Below are positions 13,746 to 28,994 of a stretch of DNA of 64,000 bases, one piece after another (position 1 is the first letter of the stretch; each line of letters starts with the position of its first letter). The notes beneath the pieces were generated by a model that was given only the letters and a program-made list of their open reading frames with translations, had not been told where the DNA came from and did not search any database. The stretch is from the human T2T-CHM13v2.0 reference genome, Homo sapiens. The translations under genes were made by a program, and so were the position numbers. The stretch is taken from assembly GCF_009914755.1 (NCBI RefSeq), contig NC_060929.1. One strand, given 5' to 3'.

Positions 13746-16326
13746 CCTTGATAACCTATAGACACAAAGCCACCGTCTCTTTGGGCAATGCCCAAGCTAG
13801 AGTCTCCACAGCCAGACCTGGTAGTAGAATTGGTCTGGTATTGCCTTTTCTTGTGGCTATGGAACAAAGGAGACCTGGAGTCCACTTTTCCATGAGGGTC
13901 TTGGGAAGTAAGAACAGTTTAAGATGTCAAGGCCACTGGGACAAGTATACAATAAAAATCAGATCTGAGAGGGTTAGAAATGGTGAGTAGCCCAGACAAA
14001 GTTCATTCTGGAGCCAAAGCATGGAGAAACAGCATGAGGCAATGGAGTTAGAGAGAGAGGAGAACTTTGAGTGCCTGAGGATGAAGACAAGGTGAAAAAG
14101 AAGCTGTTTAAGGAGTACTGAGCAGGTTTGAGTAGGCCTGGCAGAGTCAATGATAATAAATTTAATAAATCCAAACTTGTACACCCAAGCCTTTAGTAAG
14201 GCTACTCCTTCTCTACCTTTTTTGTCTTGGTTAAAACTAACACTTCTCTCTTAGTTGTCTGAGGTAAAGAAGCTGGGTTATTTCTGACTCCTCCTGTTCT
14301 TTCATTTCCTATACTCAGCCTTTTGCCAGTGTTGGTCTTTTGCAATGAAAGTATTTTGCTGGAGCAGCAGAGTGTTGAGAACTCCATGCTCTTTGGATAA
14401 GGATCTTCAGGCCTTTTACTCCTAGGACTTCTGTGTAGATATTGTCTGTGGAGTTGCCTTGCCTTGAGGCTGAAGCTCTTCTCAGTTGGGATGGTCAGGA
14501 TGTGGGTTAATGGTAACCACAGGCTTGGGTTATGAGTCCCAGCACGTGGACAGATGGACCCCTCCCTAGCAGCCTAAGGGAGCCTCCTCTCACCTCTTTA
14601 TCTGTGTCCCAGGCCCCTTACCTTACTTCTGCTTCAAAAATGCTTCAGTTTGTTTTTTTCTCCTGTGTAGCTGAGCTTTCAATTTATACTTCTTCTTTAC
14701 AACATGTTATTTGTGCTGTCATCCTAGGTGCTTTTCAAAGATGAATATATATTCCTATAGACACACATACCTTCATATTGAAACGAAGAGAAATCATGTC
14801 CTCTTTAAAGCTGCTTGTGAATGTTAATCTTTATGCACGAAAATATTTCAGCGCATTTCTGAAGCTTATGTGGGACCATTGTGGGTAGTTAAGTCAGGCC
14901 CTGGGAGAGTGAGAATTTTCACCCCTTCTTACCACAGACTGACCTTCAGTATGTTATTCCTACAGTCATGCTTTTACCTCACATTAAGTATACCATGTCA
15001 GGCTAGAATGGAGAGACTAGAGCGATTTTTACATCCATTCCCCTCCCCACATTGTGAGCTAATTGAGGGTTGTTACCTTATCTTTGATTCTCAGTGCTTA
15101 GCTCAACACAGGCACATAGATGATTCTCAGTTAAGTGCTGATTCGAATCATCTCTCAAAGGCCTTTTCCATTCCAAGAGTCTGTGGAAGAAATTTCCCTG
15201 TTTGTAGATAGCTAGAAACCACCAGAGGAGACTTAATTAGCACACCAACTGCCTTTGTGGGTAGCCAGGAGTTAGAGGAAGTGTATTTTCTTATGCTGTC
15301 CAGAATAAACATTTAGGAAACCATCTGGTGTTCACTAGCCTCCAATTTCAGAGTGCCCACAGTCTGCCTTTTTTTAGAGAGAGGGAGGACAGAGCAACAG
15401 CTTCCAATAGTTAAAAACATTAGAAAAATCCCTGTTATTTGGGATATGTTGTTTGTCTAATTATAACTCCAATAAATAGATGAGAAGCTATGAGCCCAAG
15501 TGATACAGCCAAGTGAAGAAGAAAACAAGAGTATTTCATTGACTTATTGGTACAGTATCTTATTCCTATCCACGCAAGATTGGAGTAAATATAATGACTG
15601 TGCTTGACAAGATGGACAGCCTCTAGGGTGAGGAGAAATATCCACGTTACTCTCTTGGTTTTTCTCCCCAGGAAATAAGTTTTCCTATTGATCTTGGCTC
15701 AGCAATGCTTGTTGAATCTGCTGAAAATAAAATGTTTTTCTTCTGAAATAAATGTCTAGGTTCGTTCCTGTAGAAGTCTGTCTTCGGCAATGTGATTGTT
15801 AATTCAGGTACACAAAATTTCAATCTTGTGTTATGCTACATTTTAAGAAATAAAGCCAATGATAAAACATGTATTTTCTCTAGAACACATGGTAAAGCAT
15901 TTGGATATTCCATGTGCGGCAGATGTTGCCATTTATGTAACGGATGCTCAATAAGTATTGTTGACTTATTGTGCATGTAAGACACAAGGAAGAACACTTA
16001 TGAGGATTTATACATTCCTTAGGTTGCCATAATAATTTGATGTAACTTTGTTTTAAACTTCAGTTTTTAATATGGATTTTGCTTAACATTACTATTCAGC
16101 CGTCTTTGAATGTATCTTGAGATTTGGGCTTACTGAGTAATTAAGTCAATTTAATGTTTCTAATATTTTAAAGATGATGAACAGTTTATGTGCTCTAAAA
16201 TTCTCTAATCTAATTTTCTTGCAGCCCTGTTCCCCATCCCTCCTTTCTATTTCCTCTCTTTTCTTCTTCATCCATCAGTTGTCTTTCCCTGGCTGGAGGC
16301 CCATCTAATTTTCCAAGTCTCTTTGA

Positions 16327-16470
<144 letters not shown>

Positions 16471-17061
16471 TAAGGGATGCCCTTGTATTTCTCTGACTGT
16501 TTATAATGATGTGAAAGGAAAGTTTGTAGGGTCCGGGGAGCATCTTCAATACCATGTGTCCATGACTCTTCCATAATATTTCAGAAGTAGCTATACAGCC
16601 TCAATGTGTTTGACAGATTCTATCTTAATTCAGTGTATAGAAACTGAATTATAAATAGCAATGGTAAATTGAAGATAACAGAAAAAGCACTAAAAAAAAG
16701 ACCATAAAATATCAGCTATTCAGAACCCATGATGAAAATGTCATTCTAGAGAGTTGAGTGTTTAGTACTGCCACTTACATTGTAAGTACTTGGTGATAGA
16801 TTTATTTTTAAATGGGATGTGTACTTAGGTACCTTTCAAAAGTATAAAGTTACTTTCTTATGATTCAGTATTCTGTTAAGAATATTGATCATTATATTGT
16901 GTGGTGGCGATAGAGTCAGATCTGCTGGAACTTATAGGGCCCTCTGGTCCCACACGAAACAGAAAAAATGGCTGTGCTCATGCGGGTCTTACTGCCGCTG
17001 TTTATCATCCTCTGTATTTAATGGTAAACTGTTATCTCAGAGCGCTTTGCACACCCTACTT

Positions 17062-18338
17062 CTTTTTCTTTAATTTTTTTATTTTTATTTTTTTTGTGGG
17101 CACATAGTAGTTGTATATATTTATGGGGTACATGAGATGTTTTGATACAGGCTTGCAATGTGAACTAAGCACATTATGCGGAATGGGGTATCCATCCCCT
17201 CAAGTATTTATCCTTTGAGTTACAAGCAATTCAATTACACTCTTCAAATTATTTCAGAAAGTACAATGAAGTTACTATTGACCATAGTCACCCTATATGC
17301 TATCAAATAGTAGGTCTTAGTCATTCTTTCTAATTTTTTTTGTACCCATTAACCATCCCCATTTCCTCCACACCCTCCCACTATCCTTCCCAGCCTCTGG
17401 TAACCATTCTTCTACTCTCTGTGTCCATGAGTTCAATTGTTTTGATTTTTAGATCCCACAAATAAGTGAGAACATGTGATGTTTGTCTTTCTGTGCCTAG
17501 CTTATTTCATTTAACATAATGATCTCCAGTTCTATCCATGTTGTTGCAAATTACTGGATCTCATTCTTTTTATGGCTGAATAGTACTCCATTGTGTATAT
17601 GTACCACATTTTCTTTATCCTTTCGTCTGTTGATAGACACGTAGGTTGCTTCCAAATCTTAGCTATTGTAAACAGTGCTGCAACAAACATAGGAGTGCAG
17701 ATATCACTTCCATATACTGATTTACTTTCTTTGGGTATATACCCAGCAGTGGGATTGCTGGATCATAAGGTAGCTCAATTTTTAGTTTTTTGAGGAACCT
17801 CCAAACTGTTCTCCATAGTGGTTGTACTAATTTACATTCCCACTCACAGTGTACAAGGGTTCCGTTTTCTCTGCATCCTCACCAGCATTTGCTGTTGCCT
17901 GTCTTTTGGATATAAGCCATTTTTAACTGGCTTGAGATTATATCTCATTGCATATATAAATGCAAATCATTGTAGTTTTGATTTGCATTTCTCTGATGAT
18001 CAATTGTGTTGAGCACCTTTTCATATGCCTGTTTGCCATTTGTATGTCTTCTTTCAAGAAATGTCTATTCAAATCTTTTGCCTATTTTTGATTGGAATAT
18101 TAGACTTTTTCCTATAGAATTGTTTGAGCTCCTTATATATGCTGGTCATTAGGTTGGTGCAAAAGTAATTGCGGTTTTTACCATTGAAAGTAACGGTGAA
18201 GACCGCAATTACTTTTACACCAACCTATAACCCCTTGTCAGATGGATAGTTTGGAAATACTTTATCTCATTCTGTGGGCTGGCTCTTCACTTTGTTGATT
18301 GTATTCTTTGCTCTACAGAAAATTTTTAACATGATGTG
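17062..18338 (-). mobile_element. L1 3' portion (L1MA-like), interrupted by MADE1
   Basis: T-rich tail, tatatatttatggggtacatgaga..., tggctgaatagtactccattgtg, ttgaggaacctccaaactg. Confidence 0.92.
18149..18228. mobile_element. MADE1 (Hsmar1-derived MITE), ~80-bp palindrome
   Basis: TTAGGTTGGTGCAAAAGTAATTGCGG...CCGCAATTACTTTTACACCAACCTA. Confidence 0.95.
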
Positions 18339-18490
18339 TGCATCCTTCTTTTAATGCTCTTGAATCTGTCATGTCCTGGAAGACTAGGTAGCCAGGCTCA
18401 CTGGATGTGTGTGTAGGATTTGAGAAGAGACTTGAGAGGCAGAAGGTCATAGTGATTGAAAACAATTATTTGGAATCTAGGTTTAGGTAA

Positions 18491-18784
<294 letters not shown>

Positions 18785-19129
18785 TGGAAACACCTTTGTC
18801 TGTAACATCCTAATAATAATTGTGCTTCTCTCTAGGGTTGTAAGGATTAAATAAGTTAGTGTGTTAAAACATTTAAAACAGCCCTGGAACTTATCAGATT
18901 TTATTATTCTAGAGCAATTTCTATGAACTATGTAAATACTAGTGATTATCAGTTTGAGTGCTGTTTACAAGCTGCATAAATATTAGCTATCATTATTTTT
19001 TATGATGTCTTTGAATTAAGAATTCCCTCAACTTTTTTTCCCTTATTTTTTCTCTTTCTAAATCTTGGTCTAATTTTATGACTTTTAATAAGATACTGTC
19101 ATGTTTGTTGCCTCCTGCCTCCAACTTAG

Positions 19130-19690
19130 ACCCTGTACTTTCTTATTAAATTTATTTCTGAGTATTTTGTAATTTTTTAAAATTTCATTTCTGCCTGTAA
19201 TTGGATATTTCTGGTTGAAGAAAAACTTGCTTTTGACTATTTACTTTTTAATTTATTCATACTACCAAACTTTCAAGGTAATTTTAATGTTGTTTTTAGC
19301 AAACTCTGGAGTTATTTAGTTATACTATCATATCATCTACAAATAAACATAAGTTAGTCTTTTCTTTTCAATATGTATAATGATTATTTCATTTCCTTGA
19401 ATTATTGCATAAATTTGAGCCTCCAAATTAATGTTGACAAACAGCAGTAAAAGTAAAAATCCCTGTCTTGTTTCCAAATTTATTGGAATGGCTTCAGTAT
19501 AGTCTCATGTTTGCTATTGGTATTTAGTAAATTATTTTCTTCATTCTTAAGTAGTTTTTTAAATCCCTTTTTTTAATTAAAAATTTTGTTAATAGTAGCT
19601 GCTTAATTTCATTAAATGCCTTTTTTTCTTTTGCTAATATAATTACATATTTTTCCTTTAATTTTTCATGCAATGAATTATTGACATCCT
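19130..19690 (-). mobile_element. Old L1 (L1M/L1ME-like) fragment
   Basis: ttaaatttatttctgagtatttt...tcatatcatctacaaataaa...ccctgtcttgtttcc antisense-L1 pattern. Confidence 0.6.
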
Positions 19691-22581
19691 TAGTACACAG
19701 TTTTTATAACATGTAATTGGACTACTCAGATTTTGTAACTGACATCCTGGTTTTAGGTTGTATTTTGGATAGATTAGGCTGTTAGATAATTTCTGGATCC
19801 ATTTAACATCTTATTATAGAAAAATGAGTTGGGGTAAGGGAGACACAAGACCAAGCACTATCTTAATAATAGTTTCTTGTCATATTTTAGGCCACTAAAA
19901 TGGCAATATAATTTTTTTTTGCCCTCTAGGGATTTAAATTTCAAATTAGAGGTAGCACAAGAACAATAAACATACAAGGCAAATGAGCTTATACCTATTT
20001 CATCTGGAGTACAGGGAAAGGGAATAACAGTTAATTTTCAGATGAATTTTACATTTGAGCCAAGGAAGGCCAGGGGCCAGAGAAAGAGAAGGGAAGTAAA
20101 GAGAGAACTTGCTTCTCGACCTGCTGCTCTTGTAACTATTGTTTTTCTGATGAGCCAGTGACATGATTCCTGTTTTCAGCTGTTATCCCTGTCTGGGCTC
20201 TATAGTTAACACATGTACACAACAAACACATTTGTCACTATGAAAGGACAACAACGAATGGCCATGAGTCAGTCTGTGGCGGGAGGTGTGGGGAGAAAGG
20301 CCTTGATAGGCTGGGGTCTTAATTTGCCATTTCCCTTGTTTTGAGAAGTCAGTGAAATTTGATCAGTGAGGTTAGGGCAGAGGGCTGCTGGCCCTAGGAG
20401 CCTGCACAGAATTCCCAGGATGTGGGGACAGTCCTCCCCGCCAGAGAGAAATAAGAAAAATCCAAACAGACACCCTGTAGGCTGGCAGAGTAGTGCATAG
20501 ATTGCCCAAATAAAAGGCTTTGGGGTTTGTGGAAAGGTTGAGAGGATATTGTGGTGAGTAAATGTAACATGACACAGTCAAGTAAGAGTGAAGAGACAAT
20601 GGTTTCCAGATCCTTAAAAAACACCTTCTGAAGGGGTTAAAAGAGTTTCGAATGCCGATAGTGCTGCCGTAGGATCACTCTGGGCCCTGCGACAGCCTAT
20701 TAGGGGCCCATGCACATGATTGGTGCTCAGTGAGTATTAGCTGGATGAAGGGATGCATGACTCAGTGATGAACTCTGTTAAGGTGAAGTCCAAAACAGCT
20801 CTGCCAAGTCTGTGTTCCATAGTACCCTAAAGGTGAAGATAAATGTGGGTGAAAGGAGGTGAAGTCAAAAATTATAGACAGGAATTGGGGGAATGCAGCA
20901 TTGGTCGTCAATGGAGGAGCTCTTTCCTGTGTCTAGGAGCGTGGAGATGTTGGCTCTTTCCCAGTGCTTTTTACATTTCCCCCAGAGCAGCAGTTCCGGA
21001 TGTTAGAAAGGTAGGCAGCTGATTCGTAGATTCCAGGTTTAATGAAGAATGTGATTCTTTCACACTAAATCATGGTTTGGCCTAACTATTCAAATCACTC
21101 TAGGGAAGGACATGCACAGAAGGTCAGGGGTGAAAGCGGTACCTGTCACCCCTTACACGTTAACTCACTTACTTTTTTCCTTAAGTTCACAATGACATAC
21201 AACATAATAATAGAAACAATATTAAAACCAGTCTATGACCCTCACTGGTTTTGGGAATTGATGTGTTAATACTTTATCTCTACTTAATGCTTATCCATTC
21301 TTACCAATTCCAGGACATTACTTGAAATGTAAAAAAATTGGAAACCCCAAATTTCCATATGTCTACTGTGGCTGATATTTATTGCTATATCTTTATTACT
21401 TTTCTGCTATCTGTCCTAAGAAAATGCATTTCCTATTTCACTGATTTTTGAGAGCTTCTGTTCCATTTGGAACCGCAGAAGCAGCATTAAGGGCATAAAA
21501 TTTGTTGGGAAATGGTGCTTCTTGAAGATAAAGAGACCAAGAAGGAGATAAAACTGCTTGATAAAGACTTTTAATGCAGCCAATCAGACAGGCATCAGCT
21601 ATTTCATGATTATGTTTATTTTCAAGATGGAGAATATATACTTCTAGAAAGATATCCTACCATTTTCCTTTGGCAGATAGAAGTAGACATAACTATTATT
21701 AACAGGATTGTCCTACAAGTGCAACATTGACAAAACATAAAATGGGAATATGAATCCAGCTTAAATAATGGCTGCTTTAGTAAGTAACATTCAAATAGGA
21801 CTTTTTGTTTTATATTTATAATGCAAACTAGTAGTGTGTTTAATTGTAGGTTAGAAAGGTAAATGTGGGTCAAGGCCAGCTATTATAGATTTTATTTTTC
21901 CTGAGAAAGGAAGTCTCTGCCAAGATATGATAAAATATACACACTGGTTCCCTGTAATTTGGTAACAGATAATTTCCCAGGCTTCCGATCTATACTACTT
22001 TCAACCACTTTTAAAGCTGTGCTTTTTACCAAGTTGAAATAATGAAGATAGTTTAAAACTTAACATTTGGGTTTGTTTTCAAATCCTTTTAGGAGACAGA
22101 AAATGATATTATTTATCTTTACCTTTTTCCTTTTGGAACTGACTTGCAAGAAAATCTAACAGACAGGTTGAAAAGTTGTCCTGACAGCCTTCAGTAGGAG
22201 CCATAATGAGACCACATTATTGTACTTAAGCATTTATTTCCTTAAAGTTTACATCTTTAAGGAAGAAACTAAATGACTTAGCTTATTGAAGCTTCTTAGA
22301 GGTTAAAAATAAAGAGCACCTTTTAAAAATACACTCTGGTCCAAAAATAGGTGTACCCATGTATAACTTTTAGGCACACGTTTTATTTTATGCTGAGTAT
22401 TAGGTCAATTACTCCATAACTTTTCTAATGGTTTGTTGAGCAGTTGAAGGTTTTACCTGTTAACAAATACACCTGAAGATGTCTAGAATCTGTGAAACTA
22501 AATTTACATGAGATTCTTTTCCTTGTCTCCATCACATTAAATATATGCTAGAGCCAGAGGTAACCAGAAAAGCATCGAAAG

Positions 22582-22871
22582 GGCTGGTCCAAGTGGCTCA
22601 TTCCTATAATCCCAACATTTTGGGAGGCTGAGGCGGGAGCATCACTTGAGTCTAGGAGTTTGAAACCAGCCTGGGTAACATAGCAAGACCTCATCTTTAC
22701 AAAAAATTTAAAAATTAGCCTGACATGGTGGCGAGTGCCTGTGGTCCTAGCTACTCAGGCGGCAGAGGTGGGAGGGTCAATTGAGCCCAGGAGTTCGAGG
22801 TTACAGTGAGCTATGATGGCACCACTGCACTCCAGTCTGGGTGATAGAGGCAGACCCTGTCTCAAAAAAAA
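22582..22871 (+). mobile_element. Alu (AluJ-like)
   Basis: ggctgg...gtggctcattcctataatcccaacattttgggaggctgagg...agaccctgtctcaaaaa. Confidence 0.92.
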
Positions 22872-24095
22872 GTATCAAGATTTGTCCTCTACACTAAAAT
22901 AGAATTCCTCCCACCCTGGTATTGTTACTTGTTGCACCCTATCATTAAAAATATGCAAAGTTTTGTGGAAACACTATTTCTTTGAAGTATGTTTCTTTTC
23001 TGCTTCTTTTAAGTGTGCTTGAATTTGTTATTATGCCTTACTGCTCACATGATACAGATCTAAAAAATGCAAGGCTGACCTACATTTCTGACTCTGGTTC
23101 TGGCCTGACTTGAGAGCCACATGGGAAGTGGCTGCCGAGACAAAGTGTACCCTTCTTGCGGCAAGTGCTCGGCTGGGCAAAGCCCTGTCTCCTTCCCTTG
23201 GCAGAAAGCTCCCCTTCTGCTGCAGAGAGCCAGTCACCTGGCCTAGTCAAAAAGAAACTTGGCTAGTCTAAGAACTATTTGTGCTTTCCATGGAGCAATG
23301 AGCGATCATTTTCTCTTTTCTATCTCGATTCCCTCTAGCAACTCAGCTCCCACCTCATTCGTCTTACCTAGAGCATATCCTTTCTCTTGGACAGAGCTCC
23401 AATGCCACTTTTAAAAAGATAATGAAGTGAATTTTTGAGGGCTGATCTTTACTCCTTGCCATTTGGCAGCCCTTCTTCCCAACAGAGGGCAATACCCCAC
23501 TAGCCAAACATTTCGTGTTAGAAAACTCCAAGCCTTCCTACTGGCAGGCACTTCCCATGTTGGAATCGAGGACGTCTGATTTTGGTAGCTCAGAGTTTCC
23601 CAGATCTAAAGAGGACTTGGCTTATTAGTTAAAGAACTTTCTAACTGAGGAGGAATGATTACCATTCAGCTTTAAGTAAGAGTAAAAACGTGGCTAAGAT
23701 TAAAAATTAATGTCCACATAAAAGCCAAGAGAATTAAAATTTAGTTTCAAATTTGACACAGAGTTTTCTCTTTGGAATTGGGAAAGTATGTTTTGAAATT
23801 TCATAATTATGGACTAACATTTGAAAATTTTTTTCCCATTTTCTTAGTATCTACTAAAGTGCTATGTAACTTTGGCAAGCACTAAGTGTAAACATGCCTC
23901 ATGTCCTAAGCTCCTATTTTTGTTTTGGTTTCATTTTGTTGCTGTTGTTATTTGTTTTGTTTTTGTTTTCTACAGGTCATGCTGCTGTTACTACAATATG
24001 TAGCCAGAGTAATGTATCTTAACGCTTTTCATCCGTGTAATGGGACAATCACTAAATAATTGCAAGAGCAAAAAGCAGCTTCGATTTATGCATAA

Positions 24096-24389
<294 letters not shown>

Positions 24390-25337
24390 TGAGTGTCAGC
24401 TTCCCCTGGAAGGACGTGTCCTGTGAAAGTTTTAACCTTGGTTTTCAGGATTTGGAAGGAGGGATTGATAGAGTGATTCTCACCCCAAGCCCCCTCCTGC
24501 CTCTAGGCTACTCTGGGCAGGAATCGCCGAGTAAAAGGAAGACATTTTAACTTAATGTGTGATGGTCTACATTTGAGGTGCTAAAATTGTTCAATGGTTA
24601 CTGGTGGATAGCAAATTCTATTCTCTATTAATGACCACTGATAAAAACAAAATTTGCTGAGGTTAGTAGAACTTTCCCTTAAGCAAGGGATTCTGTGACA
24701 TTCCCTTAGAAGCAAAGATGCAATGAGAGACAAGGAGTTTAGCCAAATTTAGTATGCAAAAATATCAAAAAGTGATTCTTACTGCAGCATCTTTTATTCG
24801 ACAGCACATCTGTGGAAGAAAAAAAAAGGCTAGAGAGAGGAAGTGAACTGGTGGAAGTTTTGTGAAAGTGTTTCACATGTGGCTGTCACATGTGAAATAT
24901 CTTTTTCGAATTGATTACTCTGACATAGAACTCACAAGGGACTTTTAGCTCAAAAACCTCTCCAAGAATTTGAGAACAGGAAACCACGATCCTACCCACC
25001 CTACTGTACCTTGTCTGCCCTGAAAATGTCTTCTTACCCCTGTTTCTTCTTTCCCTCCCCCAGGGACCAGATACACATAACTTAGAATTCTGGGCCTCCT
25101 TTGCAGACTGCTGGAAAAGCTGAGTTTGACAAAAATGTAGTGCGTTATATAGCAGTTCAGATCTTACTAGAATTACTTTATTTGCATTCAGCACAGCTGT
25201 TACTTCATTTATACTTCTGAAAGATAACTCATAGCCACATCAAATCCCAAATGCATAGAATTTAAAAGTAAACAAAAGCGTGTGGTTGGTCTCTTCTTTA
25301 AACCATTGTTAGTAACAAAAATATAGAGTTTGCACTC

Positions 25338-25372
25338 TGTGTGTGTGTGTGTGTGTGCGCGCATATGTGTGC
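25338..25372. repeat. (TG)n microsatellite with (CG) tail
   Basis: Read directly from the sequence. Confidence 0.9.
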
Positions 25373-26440
25373 TGTAATACATTTTAGTGGGACATATGAA
25401 AGAAGTGTATTCTCAATATGATTCAAGTAACTTTGTAAGCCATATTAGTCAACTTTGGTTTTCTTCGTTGGAAAATATTGCCTTTCTTTACTTGACAAGT
25501 TTACGTAAATATTTGGGGGAATAAAAATGAATAATCTCCACAGGGTTTTATTTTTCAACTCTCTAATATTTAAGGAGCTGGCAGGATTAGGGACAAGTCA
25601 TGAATTTGGGTCCCTTTCCTACAGTATAAGTCTTATTGCAGCAAAAAGTAAGCCTCATGTAGTGACAACTAAGAACATTACACCAGTGTGCTGTTCCGTT
25701 GTACATAGAGACAACTGAAATCAAATGGAATAATAAATCTATGCAAAGGAAGAGCTCTGCTATGAGAAGAATTGGAGAAGCAGAGAGCATGTTGGTTTTG
25801 TTGGAATTGGATACCATATTAGTAGTGGCAAGGTGCAAAGTGGAGAATTAGTTAATTGATGGCAATACTGTGGTAATTTTGACATAGGTCATATGTACCT
25901 AAGCATATATGTGTTAACAAAGAAGTACATGACATTTTTTGACAATTACATAGATCAATAACACTAAAATCTGTCTAATATTGTATACCAAATAATCCGA
26001 ATATTTTAAAAAATCAGTCTTTTCATGATTTTGTAAATCATGAAAGGTATTTTTAAAGATTAGCTTTTACGAATTTCTATTAAAACAAGTTTAATGTTGA
26101 TTATATGACTCTATCTTGTTGAATTAATCATTGGAGCCATCTATCTAGTTCTTATATCTTAAACTTCTATGTGTAAAACTCCTGGAAGCCCAAGGTCCCT
26201 TCAAACCAAAAGGCATAGAATCCTTGTATTAATTGAAAGTCTAGTTTGTTCACATTAGCATTTATCAAGCAAGTGGAGCCTTGCTGTTACATAATTTATG
26301 ATATACTAAAGCCTTCCATTATAATTAATGAGATAACAAATACAGTGTAAATTAATAATGTACATTGTCTTTAGGTACATATTGAGTTCTATGGATATAC
26401 ACATTGACATATATTTTAGCCATATAGTTGGGTAAGGGTT

Positions 26441-26935
26441 TGTATCAGGTAGCTTTTGCAGCATTAAAAAACAAACAAACAAACAAACAAAAAAACTACT
26501 CCAAACCCAATGACGTAAAATAACAATTATTTACTAACTGATGATTTTTTGCTTGACTATGTGGGCTAGGCTCAACTTGGTGGTTCTTCTGCTGGTCTCC
26601 TTGTGTTCAGCTGGCAGATCAACTGGAGGCTAATTGGTCCTGGATATCCTCACTCACATGTCTGGCATTTGGCTGGGTGATGGGGCTGACTGAGCCACAC
26701 ATCTCCAGTATCTAGCAGGCTAGCCTGGGCTTTTTCACATGGTGACTGGTTTCTAAAACAGAAGACAGTACAGACCCCCAACATACACTTTTTAAGCCTT
26801 TGGTTATGTCATGTTCGCTAATACCCCTTTAGATAAGACAAGTCATCTAACCAAGTCCAGATTCAACATACCCCACCTCTCGATGGGAGGTGTTGCAAAG
26901 AATTTGTAGACATTTTTATTTTGCAATCTATCATG
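26441..26935 (-). mobile_element. MaLR solo LTR (MLT1 family)
   Basis: Ends tgtatcaggtagcttttgc... and ...ttgcaatctatca; internal cctcactcacatgtctggc and agcaggctagcctgggct are typical of MLT1. Confidence 0.75.
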
Positions 26936-28039
26936 GAGCTGAAATGAATTTAAATATATTTATAAGTAATATTAGTATTTCAAACTTTAGCAGTATTATT
27001 GAGCCTAAAGATATTCACTGTGACCTGGACTTTTCAACTGAAAACTAACTGTTATGGTGGAAATGATTTTGAACAAGAAAATAAAATTTGAGATTTAATA
27101 ATATTCCACATGCAATATAGAGAGATAGATTAACTGCTTTTGGTAATAAAGACATTTAATAGCCATGGACAATCCGGATGTGCCTATTTGCAAATGTCAT
27201 GTAATTGTCATTATATTTGATCATTAATAACATCTAAGGAAATGAATAAAAAGAAGTTCAATGACTCTGTTTCAGCCAATATTATATAGTATTGGACTTT
27301 TGTTGTAATTCAACTATTAAACAGTTTCCTGGAATATATGTATATAGTTATATGTGTTTATAAAATGACAACTATTCCCATATGTGTATAATCCTATTTT
27401 CATATACACAAAGCAATCTGTTCTTTAGACAGAAAACAGGTAATGAGTATATCACCCTTCAACCTCCAAACTGCTGCTTCTACAACAACATGTAAATCTC
27501 ATTACCAATTAAGCTGCCTGCATGAGAACCCATCAAATGCCTCCAAAGTGCTCTAGCTTCCTACATCTAATTATAAATTGCAGAATACTAATTTTGGTGT
27601 CAATCAGTCTGAAAACCAGTGTGCTGCACTAACACTCACTGGGGGGCATTGAATATCAATTTCTCAGCCTGCCTCTTGCTTTGTTGAATTCATTGTCATC
27701 CAAATTGTCTATTTTCTTTAACATTATGTCTACACCATGAATACTGTTTTCTACTTTTCAATGTAAAGTAATATTTTCTACCAAAAATATCATTTGTTTT
27801 ACAATATGTTAAGATAAGGTAGGCTACTTAAACCAATCTATCACTTGAAATATTTCTTTTCCCTTTATCAAATGTAAGGACTTACTGAAGTAAACTTAAA
27901 AATTTCCCGTTTTTTGTACAATATTTGTTTTTACTGATCCTGTTGACCCCTTTATATGTGCCAAATTCTAAATCTTAGCAATTGTCCTTCATGTCTGGTC
28001 CCCTCAGCAGGCTGTTAGCAAACCTCCCTTTTCTTTGGT

Positions 28040-28235
28040 ATAAAAGCAAACCTGGGTTCAAGTTTGATTCTGCCTCACTACCTGTGTGAGACTTTGAATA
28101 AATAATTTACCCTTTCTAGGCCTCTATTTTCTCATTTATAAAATGGGATCATACCATCTAGGATGGCTGTGAGGATTGAACTAAATGGTGCTCAGCACAT
28201 TGCTGAGACTTACTCAGTGCCCAGTAAATGCTGAC
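28040..28235 (+). mobile_element. MIR
   Basis: cctgggttcaag...tgtgtgagactttgaataaataatt...tttctcatttataaaatggg. Confidence 0.75.
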
Positions 28236-28994
28236 TCCTGGTCTGTGCGTTCACTTACAATATCATCACAAACATGGTGACATTCATGAGTTGTTCTCTG
28301 TGATTAATGGCTATTTCCTTTAAGCCAAGACTTTGACATTTTAAAAACGAATTTTAGAGGAAATCTTCCCCTTTGTATACATATATACTGAGGATAATTT
28401 AACATTGTTCAGTGACTCTGAGATGTCAGGGAGAAGCAGATTAATGTGGGAAAGCTAGATCCCTGGAGTCACATCCGCTGTGTATCACCTGTGGCATTTT
28501 CACTTATTCATTCAATCTGCATTTACTGTGGGCCTACCATGTGCCCGTGAAAGGTGGCAAAACAGATTTAATTCTGGCCCTCCTGGAACTCACAGTGTAG
28601 AAGAGAAAGAAGACATTAAAGGACTGGAAAAATAAACAGAATTATAGATTGTGAAAAGTGAGATGGGAAGAAGGATCAGGGTGGTAAGGAAGAGTGTAAG
28701 TGGAGAGACCTACCTTCAATTTGGGTGGACAGGGAAGGTTTCTTTGAGGAAGGGATGTTTAAGCTGAGACTGGAAAGACAAACTGGAGAGAGATAGGCAG
28801 AGAGTAAGGAAACTGCATCCTAAGAACATGGAATAGCCCATGTGGACGCCCCTAAATTGAAAAAAAAAAATGATGCTTTTACAAACTAGGAGAAATCCAA
28901 TGTGGTCAAGCATAGCAATAAAGAGAGAATAATGATGAAAGAAGAGGTTGAGGAGTAGGCAGTGGCCAGATGATGAGGCCCCACGGGCTGTATT

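Noticed and set aside
24871-24897. 11-bp inverted repeat TTTCACATGTG-N5-CACATGTGAAA
   Set aside because: Short isolated hairpin; near chance expectation and too short for a pre-miRNA
26021-26045. 11-bp stem TTTCATGATTT-TGT-AAATCATGAAA
   Set aside because: AT-rich short hairpin with no other support
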